In this document: positions 20,645 through 31,406 of the stretch, piece by piece
How positions within the stretch are numbered: the stretch's first letter is position 1
Layout: the number at the start of each line of letters is the position of its first letter
NCBI GenBank assembly: GCA_965215015.1
Contig: OZ244042.1
Coordinates: forward strand, 2,944,001 to 3,008,000
From: Candidatus Poribacteria bacterium
GTDB taxonomy: Bacteria > Poribacteria > WGA-4E > PCPOR2b
DNA: 64,000 nucleotides
Reading direction: 5' to 3'
The notes under the pieces: generated by a model
The model's database searches: none
Seen by the model: the letters and a program-made list of their open reading frames with translations, nothing else
Told to the model about the DNA's origin: nothing
Position numbers and translations under genes: made by a program

Positions 20645-20690
20645 TGCCAGAATGGCAATATCACATTTTGGATTTCCTGTCAATATGACG
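20645..20690. promoter_or_regulatory. Paired palindromes, candidate bEBP enhancer sites
   Basis: TGCCA-gaa-TGGCA (20645) and TGTCA-ata-TGACG (20678), 33 bp apart, upstream of the sigma54 site. Confidence 0.55.
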
Positions 20691-20959
20691 CACCCTATTC
20701 ACCCAAATACACCAACACTTCGTCTCCTGCCTCACACCAATTGAATACACAATTAAGTCTACTACCGAGCAACAGTTATTTTATGGATTTACCGATAACG
20801 AAAAGTCCCGATCATTGCCTTCCAATATGATAATTTTGCTCTAATTGACCTCCCCCGCAGATAATAGAATGTACTGCAAAAACGAGCAAAAATCAAGTTG
20901 AAAATCCTTGTTTTCGATAGAAGTACAAGGCCCTAACTCAGGAAGCAAATGAACCGTCA

Positions 20960-23662
20960 TTACTTTGCTTCGAGCCAATTTGCTCCTGCATGGATATCAA
21001 CTTTGATTGGCACATCAATCTGACAGGCATTCTCCATCAGGCGTTTGATTTCTGTTAAGACCTCATCCTGCTCGGATTTTGGTGCTTCAAATACTAGCTC
21101 GTCATGGACTTGCAGTAGTAATTTTGTCTGCTTGCTATTTTTAATTAGATAGTCATGAATTCCAAGCATGGCAAGTTTGATGAGCTCCGCAGCAGTGCCC
21201 TGCATCGGTGCATTGATAGCAACACGTTTGCCAAATTCTTGCGTGTTTCGATCCGCAGCTTGGATCTCCGGCACATAGCAGCGGCGTCCGAGGAGCGTCG
21301 TGACATATTCTTGCCTCTGTGCTTCCGCAACGATTCGGTCAAAGTATTCCCTGACACCAACATAGGTCTGAAAGTAGTTGTTGATCAACTGTTGGGCTTC
21401 GTCAAACTCGATTTGCAGCTCGTTGGAAAGACGGAACGCCCCCACGCCGTAGATGATGCCATAGTTCATTGTTTTTGCTTGGCGACGCATGTTAGCATCG
21501 ATGTCCTCCGGCGGTAGCCCAAAGATAAGAGAGGCGGCTTGTGCATGGATATCCAAATCTTGCTCAAAGGCTTCCCGTAGTCGGTCGTCTCCAGAGAGGT
21601 GGGCGAGGATACGCAATTCAATCTGTGAGTAATCAGCAACAATCAGCACACGGTCGTCATCGCTGGCGACGAATGCTCGGCGGATCTCCCGTCCTTCGGT
21701 GGTGCGTACAGGAATATTCTGTAGGTTTGGATCGCTACTGCTAAGGCGTCCCGTCCGGACACCGGCTTGGTGGAACGATGTGTGGATGCGCCCTGTGTCC
21801 GGGTTGATTAGCCCGCCCAGTGCATCGGTGTAGGTGGATTTGAGCTTGGAAAAAGATCGATACTCCAAAATTAACTCCGGCAGCGGGTGGTGTGGTGCTA
21901 ATCTTTGTAAAACCCGGATATCGGTTGAATAACCCGTTTTCGTTCGACGTGTCAGATTCTTTGGCAGATCGAGTTTTTCAAATAAAATCTGCCCAAGCTG
22001 TTTTGGTGAATTGATGTTAAATTCCTGTCCTGCTTCTGCGTAGATCTGATCCATTCTCTGATCGAGACGTTCTTGAAATTCCTGCGATAGTTGTCTGAGG
22101 TAATTGCCATCCACCTGAATCCCTGTCAACTCCATATCAGCAAGCACAGGAATTAATGGCATTTCAATATCGCGGAAAATATCCGTCAATCCTTCTGCTG
22201 CTAGCTCCGATTCAAATTTATCCTTGAGTTGCAGCGTAATGTCCACATCTTCACAAGCATACTCAGTAATCTGTGGGAGCGGCACCAGATCCATCGTAAT
22301 CTGTTTCGAGCCTGTGCCGATAAGGTCCTTAATCGGAATCATTTTGTGGTTCAGATGGGTAAAGGCAAGGTCATCTAGACCGTGGCTGGATGACGCTGGA
22401 TGTAACAGTGCAGAAGCGACCATCGTGTCAAACGAGATGCCCTTCAAATCTGCACCGTGCCGTTTGAATACCTTAAGGTCATATTTAATATTTTGTCCCA
22501 TTTTTTGATAAGACGAATCTTCAAGAACGGGGCGGAGAATTTCCAAAACCTGATGCTGAGAGGGCAAAGAGGGTGTATCAAGGAGGAAACTCAGAGTGGG
22601 AATGTAATATCCCTCATGCGGAGCAGTGGTAATGGCAACACCGACGATGTCGGCCTCAATTGGGTTGGTTGAGGTTGTCTCCAAATCTAAGGAAAATTCC
22701 ACGTCCGCCTTGAGTTTCTCAATGAGATGCTTCAAGCCAGTTTCATCCGTGATCATCTGATAGTTTGTGTCCGGTTTCGGCATTTCCTGATTTGTTATGA
22801 TCTGGTCAAGTAGACTGTGAAACTCAAGTTCACGGAAAAGTGCTAGCAACACTTCGTTGTCTCTATCTCCAACTTTGCACCCTTCGGGTGTAATGGGTAG
22901 CTCAAGGGCGGTTTCGAGGGTTGCCAGTTTTTTGCTCAGTAGCGCGTGCTCCTCCCCTGCTTCCAGCTTGGTGCGGAAACGTTTTGGCACTTCGTCAAGG
23001 TGTTGGAGGAGGGTTTCGATCGTGCCAAATTCAGCGAGCAGTTTCGGGCTGGTCTTTTCTCCAATGCCACTGACGCCGGGTATCTGATCAACACTATCTC
23101 CCGCCAGCGCGAGGTAATCAGGGATTTGATATGGTTCTATCCCGTAACGCCTTTTGCATGCCGCAGCGTCATAGATTTCATATCCACCACGCGGATTGAC
23201 ACGATGCACCTTAATCTTCGGAGAGATCAACTGGAGCATATCTTTGTCATTGGTCATAATCAGCACATCGAACCCCACCGCCTCCGCTTGCTTCGCCAAA
23301 GTTCCAGCGACATCATCCGCTTCGTAATCGTCCATTTCCACGGTTGGAATGCCGAGTGCATCAACAATTTTCCGCACATACGGAAATTGGGAAATGAGGG
23401 CGTCCGGGGTTGGGGGGCGATCTGCTTTATAGGCTGCATACAGTTCGTCTCTTTTGCTTTTACCGCCTTGATCAAAGCAAATCGCTATATACGCATTGCC
23501 TTCTTCCAGAAGTTTTAGCAGCGTTCTCGTGAAGCTAAGAATTGCGGCTGTTGGTTGCCCCTGGGAGTTGGTTAATCGTTGTTGCATTCCAAAAAATGCG
23601 CGATATACAAACGCTGTACCGTCAATGATTATCAATTGCTTTGCGTCGTTTTGTTCTGTCAT
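20960..23662 (-). CDS. polA: DNA polymerase I
   Basis: 5'-3' exonuclease (IIDG..YRAFF, EADD), 3'-5' exo (SLDLETT), TGRLSSSDPNLQNIP, ADYSQIELR, LQVHDELVFE. Confidence 0.99.
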   Translation of the reverse strand: MTEQNDAKQLIIIDGTAFVYRAFFGMQQRLTNSQGQPTAAILSFTRTLLKLLEEGNAYIAICFDQGGKSKRDELYAAYKADRPPTPDALISQFPYVRKIVDALGIPTVEMDDYEADDVAGTLAKQAEAVGFDVLIMTNDKDMLQLISPKIKVHRVNPRGGYEIYDAAACKRRYGIEPYQIPDYLALAGDSVDQIPGVSGIGEKTSPKLLAEFGTIETLLQHLDEVPKRFRTKLEAGEEHALLSKKLATLETALELPITPEGCKVGDRDNEVLLALFRELEFHSLLDQIITNQEMPKPDTNYQMITDETGLKHLIEKLKADVEFSLDLETTSTNPIEADIVGVAITTAPHEGYYIPTLSFLLDTPSLPSQHQVLEILRPVLEDSSYQKMGQNIKYDLKVFKRHGADLKGISFDTMVASALLHPASSSHGLDDLAFTHLNHKMIPIKDLIGTGSKQITMDLVPLPQITEYACEDVDITLQLKDKFESELAAEGLTDIFRDIEMPLIPVLADMELTGIQVDGNYLRQLSQEFQERLDQRMDQIYAEAGQEFNINSPKQLGQILFEKLDLPKNLTRRTKTGYSTDIRVLQRLAPHHPLPELILEYRSFSKLKSTYTDALGGLINPDTGRIHTSFHQAGVRTGRLSSSDPNLQNIPVRTTEGREIRRAFVASDDDRVLIVADYSQIELRILAHLSGDDRLREAFEQDLDIHAQAASLIFGLPPEDIDANMRRQAKTMNYGIIYGVGAFRLSNELQIEFDEAQQLINNYFQTYVGVREYFDRIVAEAQRQEYVTTLLGRRCYVPEIQAADRNTQEFGKRVAINAPMQGTAAELIKLAMLGIHDYLIKNSKQTKLLLQVHDELVFEAPKSEQDEVLTEIKRLMENACQIDVPIKVDIHAGANWLEAK

Positions 23663-23688
23663 TGTCTATTTCCTATGTATTATAACGC

Positions 23689-24115
23689 AAGTTACTAGAT
23701 AGCCCGTAGGTCGAGTTTCCATACTCGAGACTGATTGGAGTTATGCACTTCAGTAGGGAACAACAATCGTCGTGCCCTACGGGATCCTTGATGGGGCTCC
23801 TGTCGTTATCCGATTCATCGGGCGTTGGGAACGGTGTCCAGCGGCGATAAATCGCTGAACTACAAGGCCTTGAACCTTCAACTGCACAAGTCCTAACTTC
23901 CTAAAAATAACCAAATTTAGTCAGATCAGGGGTACTGAACTACGAGCAATGATTTTCTCAATCTATCGTGCATCAATCTAATGCGACACATGTCACCCTG
24001 CTAGGGCTTTGAGGTTTAGGCTAGGAATCCCACGTGTCAACTATCAGGATAAAATAAACAACTTGATCAACTAACAGGCGCAGGTTACGGCATACGGCGT
24101 ATGCTTACGACTAGC
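23689..24115. repeat. Family C repeat interrupted by a family A MITE
   Basis: AGCCCGTAGGTCGAGTTTCCATACTCGA and TATCGTGCATCAA...GCATACGGCGTATGC segments match 17700..17935 on both sides of the insertion. Confidence 0.6.
23735..23895. mobile_element. MITE family A
   Basis: Terminal inverted repeats TTGGAGTTATGCA / TGCACAAGTCCTA; body CCGATTCATCGGGCG shared with the copies at 42453 and 53619. Confidence 0.7.
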
Positions 24116-24270
24116 ATAGGTTACACTAGCAACTTGGGTTATTGTAAATAAACTATGATAACGCTGCTCACTATGGTATTGATCAATCCATCGAAGCTAA
24201 ACCGAACAGCGAACGATCTGCTTCGTCGTTGGCGGATTCGGTTATTTCGGAGGTTGTCGATATAGCATGG

Positions 24271-24903
24271 TCACAATGCTAACTGAAGTACCACTGCTGT
24301 ATTTGCAATAGCGATTGGTGCGGCAACAATAGTTTGAAGGAACGTGTGTCTTTTCCGGTGCACCCTTGCCCACGCAATGAACGGTAACAGGATGAACAGA
24401 TAGACAAATTGGCTGCTGATTAACGTCACAAGCCCTGTCATACATCCCGCTGCAACGCCACTGTGGAAGCTGATTTTCCAAACCTGTGTAATTAAGGTAA
24501 GAACGACTCCGTTAATGACACAGGCAATGCAGAGCCAGATAATTTCTCGCGGTGCATTGAGGATGTGTAAAATGCCGCTGCCAACAAGGGCACTCACAAG
24601 CGAAAACATCAAAGGTTTGGCACGTTGTTCCCTGACTGTTAATCGAAAATCGCTCAGCTGTCCGAAACGAAAAAGCATTAAAATAAAAAGCATCGGCAGC
24701 ATACTAGCAAACAGTATAACAATCACCATCCACAACAATCCCTGCTGCACCGTTGTAACAGACATACGGACTATTAGTAGGATTGACGCAATCGGCAATA
24801 GGAATGGACTGAAGAGCACAGATATAGTAACCGCAATTCGATCGAGCATTTGTGTATTTAGCATGTGACGCATTATTTTAGAGCTAGAGCTGACCTCAGG
24901 CAA
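24271..24903 (-). CDS. Membrane protein, PAP2-superfamily-like
   Basis: Multi-TM; WKISFHSG and WARVHRKRHT motifs typical of PAP2-like phosphoesterases. Confidence 0.65.
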   Translation of the reverse strand: MPEVSSSSKIMRHMLNTQMLDRIAVTISVLFSPFLLPIASILLIVRMSVTTVQQGLLWMVIVILFASMLPMLFILMLFRFGQLSDFRLTVREQRAKPLMFSLVSALVGSGILHILNAPREIIWLCIACVINGVVLTLITQVWKISFHSGVAAGCMTGLVTLISSQFVYLFILLPFIAWARVHRKRHTFLQTIVAAPIAIANTAVVLQLAL

Positions 24904-25281
24904 GATCGACCATTCCTGACAATTTATGCCGGAGCCAAGGAATCTTTCCGCTACTCCATTCCCAACAGATTAGGGAAGCATCTAATACTAACAATCCGTC
25001 ATGGAGTAACCACGTGACCAAGCCATACAGCACCAAGAACCTCCCGATTGTTATGTGCTGAGTCAACCCGTTATTTAGTTCACCAACGGCCCACTGGCCT
25101 ATGTATAGCCTGAAAATATAGCTTGGAATCAAACCTAAGGTCGGAGGAAAAACCAGCACCCCTGTGATAATCATTAACCCTATTGATCATATACGGACAA
25201 TACCAGTAAACCTGTGAACACTAACGTTAGGATCCAATTAATGGTAATGGCTACAAGTGTGTCTTGTACAAAATCAAGCAT
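24896..25281 (-). pseudogene. Frameshifted small membrane protein gene
   Basis: GAGGAGG RBS then MLDFVQDTLVAITINWILTLVFTGLLVLSVYDQ*; hydrophobic reading continues in another frame (24896..25174) and overlaps the next gene's start. Confidence 0.45.
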
Positions 25282-25733
25282 CCGCAAACCCTCCTCGTTT
25301 CGGATATAACGAAAAGATGGTATTTATTGTATCATATCATCCGCATCAGCGCACATCAAATGCACTATTTTCTCTTGACACTCCCCCCCATTTCTGCGAC
25401 AATATTTTGATAGAAGTCTGTACCCTACCCTGAAAGCTCAATAAACTATTAATATCATTATGTTAATATTTGGATGTCGAGATATGAATCTTGACCTACA
25501 GGCTATCCGCCGGTATTAGACTGAGCGGGAGGATTGGGCTTAGGAAGCCCGTCCTACGGTTTTGCGTTGGGTTTCACTCTATTTATAAAAGGGTGTTGTC
25601 GAAAAGCATAGGTACTCTCGTTGTTGATAGGGACTCACCTTTATTATTTAACCCAACCTACGGGCTGAAGGTTCACTAAATTGCTAACTAATATCGTTAG
25701 ACTTCAATCATATCAATCTAGGAAGGGCTTTGT

Positions 25734-27317
25734 ATGATTTGTATGAAACGACCGTATCGATACATCTTTGCAACTTTTTTGTTTTTAATATTTTCTGTTT
25801 ATATTGCTAACGCCAAAGTGATTGGTGGTACGTTGATTTTTGGACGGGGCGGCGATTCCGTTGGCCTTGACCCTGCACAGGAAGAGGATGGCGAATCCTT
25901 TAAGGTGTGCGAGAATATCTACGACAGACTCATACAGTACAAGGACGAGAGTACCGAGGTGGAACCGGCGTTAGCAGAATCGTGGGAGTCATCGGAGGAT
26001 GGGTTGACGTGGCGGTTTAATCTCCGCAAAGGGGTTAAGTTCCACGACGGCACCCCTTTCAACGCGGATGCAGTGCTTTTTTCTCTCGACCGTCAGCACG
26101 ATCCCAACCATCCCTTTCATAACGTTGGTGGTTCCTATACCTATTGGTCGTATACCGGATTAGCCGAGATAGTAGAGGAAATCAGTGCGCTAGATGCGTA
26201 TACAGTCCAAATCATTCTCAAACGTCCCTACGCTCCTTTCATCTATACTATCGCAATGACACCTTTTTCGATCGTCAGTCCAACCGCCCTGCAGAAATGG
26301 AATACGGATTTTAAGAATCACCCGATCGGCACAGGACCGTTCAAGTTTGTACGTTGGGACCGTGAGGATAAGGTGGTCTTGGAGGCGAACGAAGACTATT
26401 GGGAAGGACGCCCACCGCTTGACCGAATAATCTTCCGATCCATCCCCGACAATTCGGTACGCCTTATCGAGTTGCAAAACGGAAGTATTCACGCAATGGA
26501 ATTTCCGAATCCGGATGATCTACCCCAGATCCGTGCAGATGCCCAACTCAGGATTATCGAACAACCCGGCATGAATATTGGTTACCTTGCGATGAATTTA
26601 GATAAAAAGCCTTTCGATAATATCAAGGTTCGTCTCGCGGTCAACCATGCGATTAACAAGCACGAGATTGTTACAGAGCTTTATCAAGGCATGGGCATCC
26701 CCGCCAAAAATCCTATCCCGCCGACGATGTGGAGTTATGACGATTCAATTGAGGAGTACACCTATGATCCGGCAAGAGCGAAAGCGTTGCTCGCAGAGGC
26801 AGGTTACTCAAACGGCTTTGACACGACACTGTGGGCATTGCCGGTGCCACGTCCTTATATCCCCGATGGAAGTGCCCTTGCTGCGGCTATTCAATCAGAT
26901 TTGCGCCATGTTGGAATCAAAGCGAAGATTGTGACCTTTGATTGGGGCACATACCTGGAAAAGACTAAAAACGGTGAGCACGATACAGCAATGCTCGGTT
27001 GGTCGGCTGACCTGGGCGATCCGGATAATTTCTTTTATTACCTTTTAAGCCAGGAAGCGGCGCAAAAGCCGGCAGGGAACATCGCATTTTACCGTAGCGA
27101 TGAGATGCAGGATGTTCTTGTTCAGGCACAGTCAATCACTAACCAAGCCAAGCGGATCGAACTTTATAAAAAAGCCCAAGCCCTTTTTCATCGCGATGTT
27201 CCTTGGGTTCCGCTAGCACACTCCAAACAGATTTTAATCATCAACAAACAGATTAAGAATCTCAAATTACACCCGACGACGTGGAAATATTTTCGGCAGA
27301 TCTGGCTTGAGAAGTGA
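25734..27317 (+). CDS. dppA: Dipeptide/oligopeptide ABC transporter substrate-binding protein
   Basis: Signal peptide; LDPA, PALAESWE, LRKGVKFHDGTPFNADAV, PIGTGPFKF (SBP family 5). Confidence 0.9.
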   Translation: MICMKRPYRYIFATFLFLIFSVYIANAKVIGGTLIFGRGGDSVGLDPAQEEDGESFKVCENIYDRLIQYKDESTEVEPALAESWESSEDGLTWRFNLRKGVKFHDGTPFNADAVLFSLDRQHDPNHPFHNVGGSYTYWSYTGLAEIVEEISALDAYTVQIILKRPYAPFIYTIAMTPFSIVSPTALQKWNTDFKNHPIGTGPFKFVRWDREDKVVLEANEDYWEGRPPLDRIIFRSIPDNSVRLIELQNGSIHAMEFPNPDDLPQIRADAQLRIIEQPGMNIGYLAMNLDKKPFDNIKVRLAVNHAINKHEIVTELYQGMGIPAKNPIPPTMWSYDDSIEEYTYDPARAKALLAEAGYSNGFDTTLWALPVPRPYIPDGSALAAAIQSDLRHVGIKAKIVTFDWGTYLEKTKNGEHDTAMLGWSADLGDPDNFFYYLLSQEAAQKPAGNIAFYRSDEMQDVLVQAQSITNQAKRIELYKKAQALFHRDVPWVPLAHSKQILIINKQIKNLKLHPTTWKYFRQIWLEK

Positions 27318-27325
27318 CGTGACGC

Positions 27326-28348
27326 ATGATTGTCTATATCCTGCATCGACTCCTTTCAATGGGGTTATCGCTCTTTGGTGTTTCGTTGCTCGTTTTTTTT
27401 ATGGTGCATCTGATTCCCGGTGATGCTGCCCTCGCAATTCTCGGTGAACGGGCGACAGAGGAGGCATTGACACAACTCCGTCGCCAGATGGGATTAGATC
27501 AGCCGCTGTATAAGCAGTACGGGCTGTTTCTGTGGGATTTGGTGCATTTAGATTTGGGACGCTCGTTTAAGACAAACCAACCGGTCATTGACGAAATCCT
27601 CCGCAAATTTCCTGCGACAGTAGAATTGACGCTTGCAGCGATGAGTTTCTCAATTTTTTTCGGCATCACCTCAGGGATTATCGCTGCTGTTAATCGTGGG
27701 AAGTTTTGGGACTATACGACGATGTTCGGGTCATTGGCAGGGATCTCAATACCAATCTTCTGGCTTGGTTTGATGCTTATCCTGCTACTGGCTTACACCT
27801 TCCCGATTTTTCCGAGCTCACAACGGCTCGACGCTGTATTAGATCTTGACATTCAGCACCGCACTCACTTTTACCTGATTGACACCCTTCTCGCAGGCAA
27901 CTTTGCTGCGTTTCGAGATGCAATTGCACACCTCATCCTCCCCGCGATAACACTTGGCACAGTGCCGTTAGCTATTATCGCTCGCATGACACGGTCTAGC
28001 CTCTTAGAGGTCCTCAACCAACAGTACATCGTAACCGCCTACGCAAAGGGGCTACCCAAACGGGTCGTAATTCTCAAGCATGCCTTAAAAAATAGTATCA
28101 TCCCTGTGTTGACGGTGATTGGTCTGGAATTTGGGTATCTAATGGGGGGTGCAATCTTAACGGAGCATATTTTCTCTTGGCCCGGATTGGGGTCGTGGCT
28201 GCGGGCTGCTGTCGAAGCGCGTGATATTCGTCCAGTCCAGGGCGGGGTTCTCTTTGTCGCTACGGTTGTCATGACGGTGAACCTGATCGTTGATTTACTT
28301 TACGCATATTTTGATCCGCGTATCCGAATCGGGAGAGGGACAACATGA
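27326..28348 (+). CDS. dppB: Dipeptide ABC transporter permease
   Basis: IPGD, FPATVEL, LILPAITL, ARMTRSS..EV, TAYAKGL EAA loop. Confidence 0.9.
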   Translation: MIVYILHRLLSMGLSLFGVSLLVFFMVHLIPGDAALAILGERATEEALTQLRRQMGLDQPLYKQYGLFLWDLVHLDLGRSFKTNQPVIDEILRKFPATVELTLAAMSFSIFFGITSGIIAAVNRGKFWDYTTMFGSLAGISIPIFWLGLMLILLLAYTFPIFPSSQRLDAVLDLDIQHRTHFYLIDTLLAGNFAAFRDAIAHLILPAITLGTVPLAIIARMTRSSLLEVLNQQYIVTAYAKGLPKRVVILKHALKNSIIPVLTVIGLEFGYLMGGAILTEHIFSWPGLGSWLRAAVEARDIRPVQGGVLFVATVVMTVNLIVDLLYAYFDPRIRIGRGTT

Positions 28349-29187
28349 GGGAGCATCGTCGTCAATTTTATCAAGAGCTGCTGCGTCAGAAATCGGCGGT
28401 AATTGGCGCATCTATCTTGATCATCTTCATTACCGCCGCCATCTTTGCCCCACTAATCGCAACACATGACCCTCGTGATGCAGATGTAACGTCCCGTCTC
28501 AAAGGTTGGTCTCAGGAACATTACTTCGGCACCGATAAGGTCGGGCGGGATATTTTCAGCCGCATTGTCTATGGCTCGCGGATCTCGATTAAAATCGGAT
28601 TGGTTGCGATGACGTTTTCGATATCGATTGGCGCACTATTGGGCATCATCGCCGGCTATTATGGGGGTTGGCTCGATAACACCATCATGCGGATAATGGA
28701 TATGATGCTTGCCATGCCGAGTATCCTCCTGGCAATGGTTATCGTTACCATCTTGGGGCAGAACCTGACGAATGCGATTATTGCTGTCTCGATTGTTTAT
28801 ATCCCACAATATGCGAGGATCCTTCGTGCGTCTGTCCTCACCATCCGCGAGCAGGATTATGTAACCGCTGCACACGCTATCGGGGTGAGTGATTTTCGCA
28901 TTCTGACCCGTGCGATTTTGCCCAACTGTCTTGCTCCCTTGATTGTGCAGGCAACGTTGGGCATGGGTGCAGCTATTTTGGATGCTGCCGGTCTTAGTTT
29001 TCTTGGACTTGGTGCCGAGATTGGCGAACCGGAGTGGGGTGCCATGCTCAATGAGAATCGGGCATTGATTCGTCGTGCGCCGTGGACTGTTATGACGCCG
29101 GGGATTGCAATTTTTCTGATTGTTTTGGGGTTTAATCTCCTAGGTGATGCGCTGCGAGATGTATTGGATCCGCAGGTGAAGACATAG
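28345..29187 (+). CDS. dppC: Dipeptide ABC transporter permease
   Basis: HYFGTDKVGRDIFSR, LSFLGLG, PEWGAML, NLLGDALRDVLDP. Confidence 0.9.
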   Translation: MREHRRQFYQELLRQKSAVIGASILIIFITAAIFAPLIATHDPRDADVTSRLKGWSQEHYFGTDKVGRDIFSRIVYGSRISIKIGLVAMTFSISIGALLGIIAGYYGGWLDNTIMRIMDMMLAMPSILLAMVIVTILGQNLTNAIIAVSIVYIPQYARILRASVLTIREQDYVTAAHAIGVSDFRILTRAILPNCLAPLIVQATLGMGAAILDAAGLSFLGLGAEIGEPEWGAMLNENRALIRRAPWTVMTPGIAIFLIVLGFNLLGDALRDVLDPQVKT

Positions 29188-29424
29188 ACTGAGAGTGAAA
29201 CGTGAAAAGAATTTGTTTATTAGTACATTGGTTGATTACCTACGCATATTGCCCTGTTGGGATTTTGGAGGGCAACTTAGGTGAATATATAGATATGGAG
29301 TGAGGCAATGGGAACTGTACTTGAAAACTGTTAAAAATTAGTCGATGAATGATTAAAACAGAGGTTGCAGCATACGGAGTATGCTTACTACTAGTTCACA
29401 CAAGTTATATAAGAAAGGGCGCAA

Positions 29425-30558
29425 ATGAAAATTACAGATGTAAAACCTTTGCCGGTATGGGGAGGGGCTAGGAATTTCTTTTTTGTTAAGGTCGAAACCG
29501 ATGAAGGTCTCTATGGAATCGGTGAAGGCGGAATCACTTGGCGGGAACTTGCAGCAACGGAATGTGTCAACCATCTTAAATCTGTCCTAATCGGTGAGGA
29601 TCCACGTCGTATTGAACACTTGTGGCAGGTGATGTTTCGGGGTGGCTTTTTTCCTGCAGGGCGGATTGCTTGCTCTGCGATCAGTGCCATCGATATCGCG
29701 CTGTGGGATATTCGTGGGAAAGCATTGGGCGTCCCTGTCTATGACCTGCTTGGTGGACTTGTCCGCCAGAAGGCTGTATGCTATCCCCACGCTGGCGGTG
29801 ATTCTGCGGAACAACTCGCGGAACACGCACGGACACTTGTGGCAGACGGATGGAAATTTGTCCGTTGGGGTGTCCCTCAGCAGGGCGATGTTCTAGATCC
29901 ATCGTGGGCAGTCCGGGAAACTATAAAGCAGTGTGAAGCCGTTCGAGATGCTGTCGGGGAGGAGATTGAGATCTTGATTGACGTCCATACGCGGCTAGAC
30001 CCGCCCCATGTGATTCCGCTCTGCCGTGCTTTGGAGGGTTATCGTCCCTATTTCATCGAAGACCCACTGCGTTCTGAAAATATGTCCACATACCATCAGT
30101 TAGCGCGTCACGTTGCTGTACCGTTGGCGGTGGGCGAGCAGTACGCAACAAAGTGGGAATTCCGCGAATTGGTTGAACAAGAGTTGATGCAGTACGCGCG
30201 GATTGACCTTTGTATTGTTGGGGGGATTACAGAGGCGAAGAAGATTGCCGGTTGGTGTGAAGCGCACTACATTGATCTGGCACCACACAATCCGCTCGGC
30301 CCGGTTTCGACAGCAGCGTGTCTCCACCTTGACCTCGCTTCGACAAACTTTGGTGTCCAAGAGCTCCCAAGCAAGCCGGGGACAACGCTGCCCGATGTCT
30401 TCCCGGTGCAGTTAGCGTGGGAAGACGGTTATCTGCTGCCCCCGACGAGTCCGGGGTTAGGTATCGAATTTGATGAGGCAGCGGCGTTGGCTAACCCGTA
30501 CCGTGAGGTTGATGCGCCCCAGTTGCGTCGGCCCGATGGGGCGTTTACGAATTGGTAG
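29425..30558 (+). CDS. Enolase-superfamily acid-sugar dehydratase (galactonate dehydratase-like)
   Basis: SAIDIALWDIRGK, IDVH, FIEDP, VGE, APHNPLGP, P..PGLGIE. Confidence 0.88.
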   Translation: MKITDVKPLPVWGGARNFFFVKVETDEGLYGIGEGGITWRELAATECVNHLKSVLIGEDPRRIEHLWQVMFRGGFFPAGRIACSAISAIDIALWDIRGKALGVPVYDLLGGLVRQKAVCYPHAGGDSAEQLAEHARTLVADGWKFVRWGVPQQGDVLDPSWAVRETIKQCEAVRDAVGEEIEILIDVHTRLDPPHVIPLCRALEGYRPYFIEDPLRSENMSTYHQLARHVAVPLAVGEQYATKWEFRELVEQELMQYARIDLCIVGGITEAKKIAGWCEAHYIDLAPHNPLGPVSTAACLHLDLASTNFGVQELPSKPGTTLPDVFPVQLAWEDGYLLPPTSPGLGIEFDEAAALANPYREVDAPQLRRPDGAFTNW

Positions 30559-30690
30559 GCGTGAAAATAGGGGCAAAGCAACCACAAGGGGTATCCCCAC
30601 AAAAACCCGGTTTTTGAGAGCAGGGTGGATTGAGCCTAGAATCCTAGCACAATGTTGTTGGTATCTTAGGGATTCAAAAGCAATCTGAAT

Positions 30691-31406
30691 CAGGATTTTC
30701 AGAATTCAAGGATTTACAGGATAGAGACCGTGAAGTCCCGTATTGCCCTGCTGAGACTTTTATGCGTTTGCACGATTTCTGAACATGCGTACACATTGAT
30801 TAGGAAAGCTCCTTAGGAGCACAAAAAAGCGGTACCATACCCGTGAAAAAGGGCGTGATACCGCTTTTTATATTGATTTAAGATACACTCCTACCGTGTC
30901 GGGGACACCGCTTCATCTGACGCGGGACGGACAGACAGCTTGCGTCGCTTCTGCTCAACTTGTGCTGCAGCTTCAGGGTCAAATTCCCTCCACCGGCGGA
31001 GTCGCTCCTCTGTGCCGTATTGGTCAAAGGACTGTTTTGCCTCCCCTCCAGGATTTTCAGAATTCAAGGATTTACAGGATAGAGACCGTGAAGTCCCGTA
31101 TTGCCCTGCTGAGACTTTTATGCGTTTGCACGATTTCTGAACATGCGTACACATTGATTAGGAAAGCTCCTTAGGAGCACAAAAAAGTGGTACCATACCC
31201 GTGAAAAAGGGCGTGATACCGCTTTTCATATTGATCTAAGATACACTCCTACCGTGTCGGGGACACCCCCTCATCTGACGCGGAACGGACAGACAGCTTG
31301 CGTCGCTTCTGCTCAACTTGTGCTGCAGCTTCAGGGTCAAATTCCCTCCACCGGCGGAGTCGCTCCGCTGTGCCGTATTGGTCAAAGGGCTGTTTTGCCT
31401 CCCCTC
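30691..31406. repeat. Direct tandem duplication, 2 x 358 bp
   Basis: 30691..31048 is repeated at 31049..31406 with about 8 substitutions by eye. Confidence 0.95.
30824..30869. terminator. Bidirectional terminator-like hairpin (repeated at ~31182)
   Basis: AAAAAGCGGTA...TACCGCTTTTT stem with A/T tracts. Confidence 0.55.

Noticed and set aside
30691-31406. Possible CRISPR array or DGR template/variable repeat
   Set aside because: Only two 358-bp units with no spacer structure; the differences are not adenine-specific; no cas or reverse transcriptase gene is in the window
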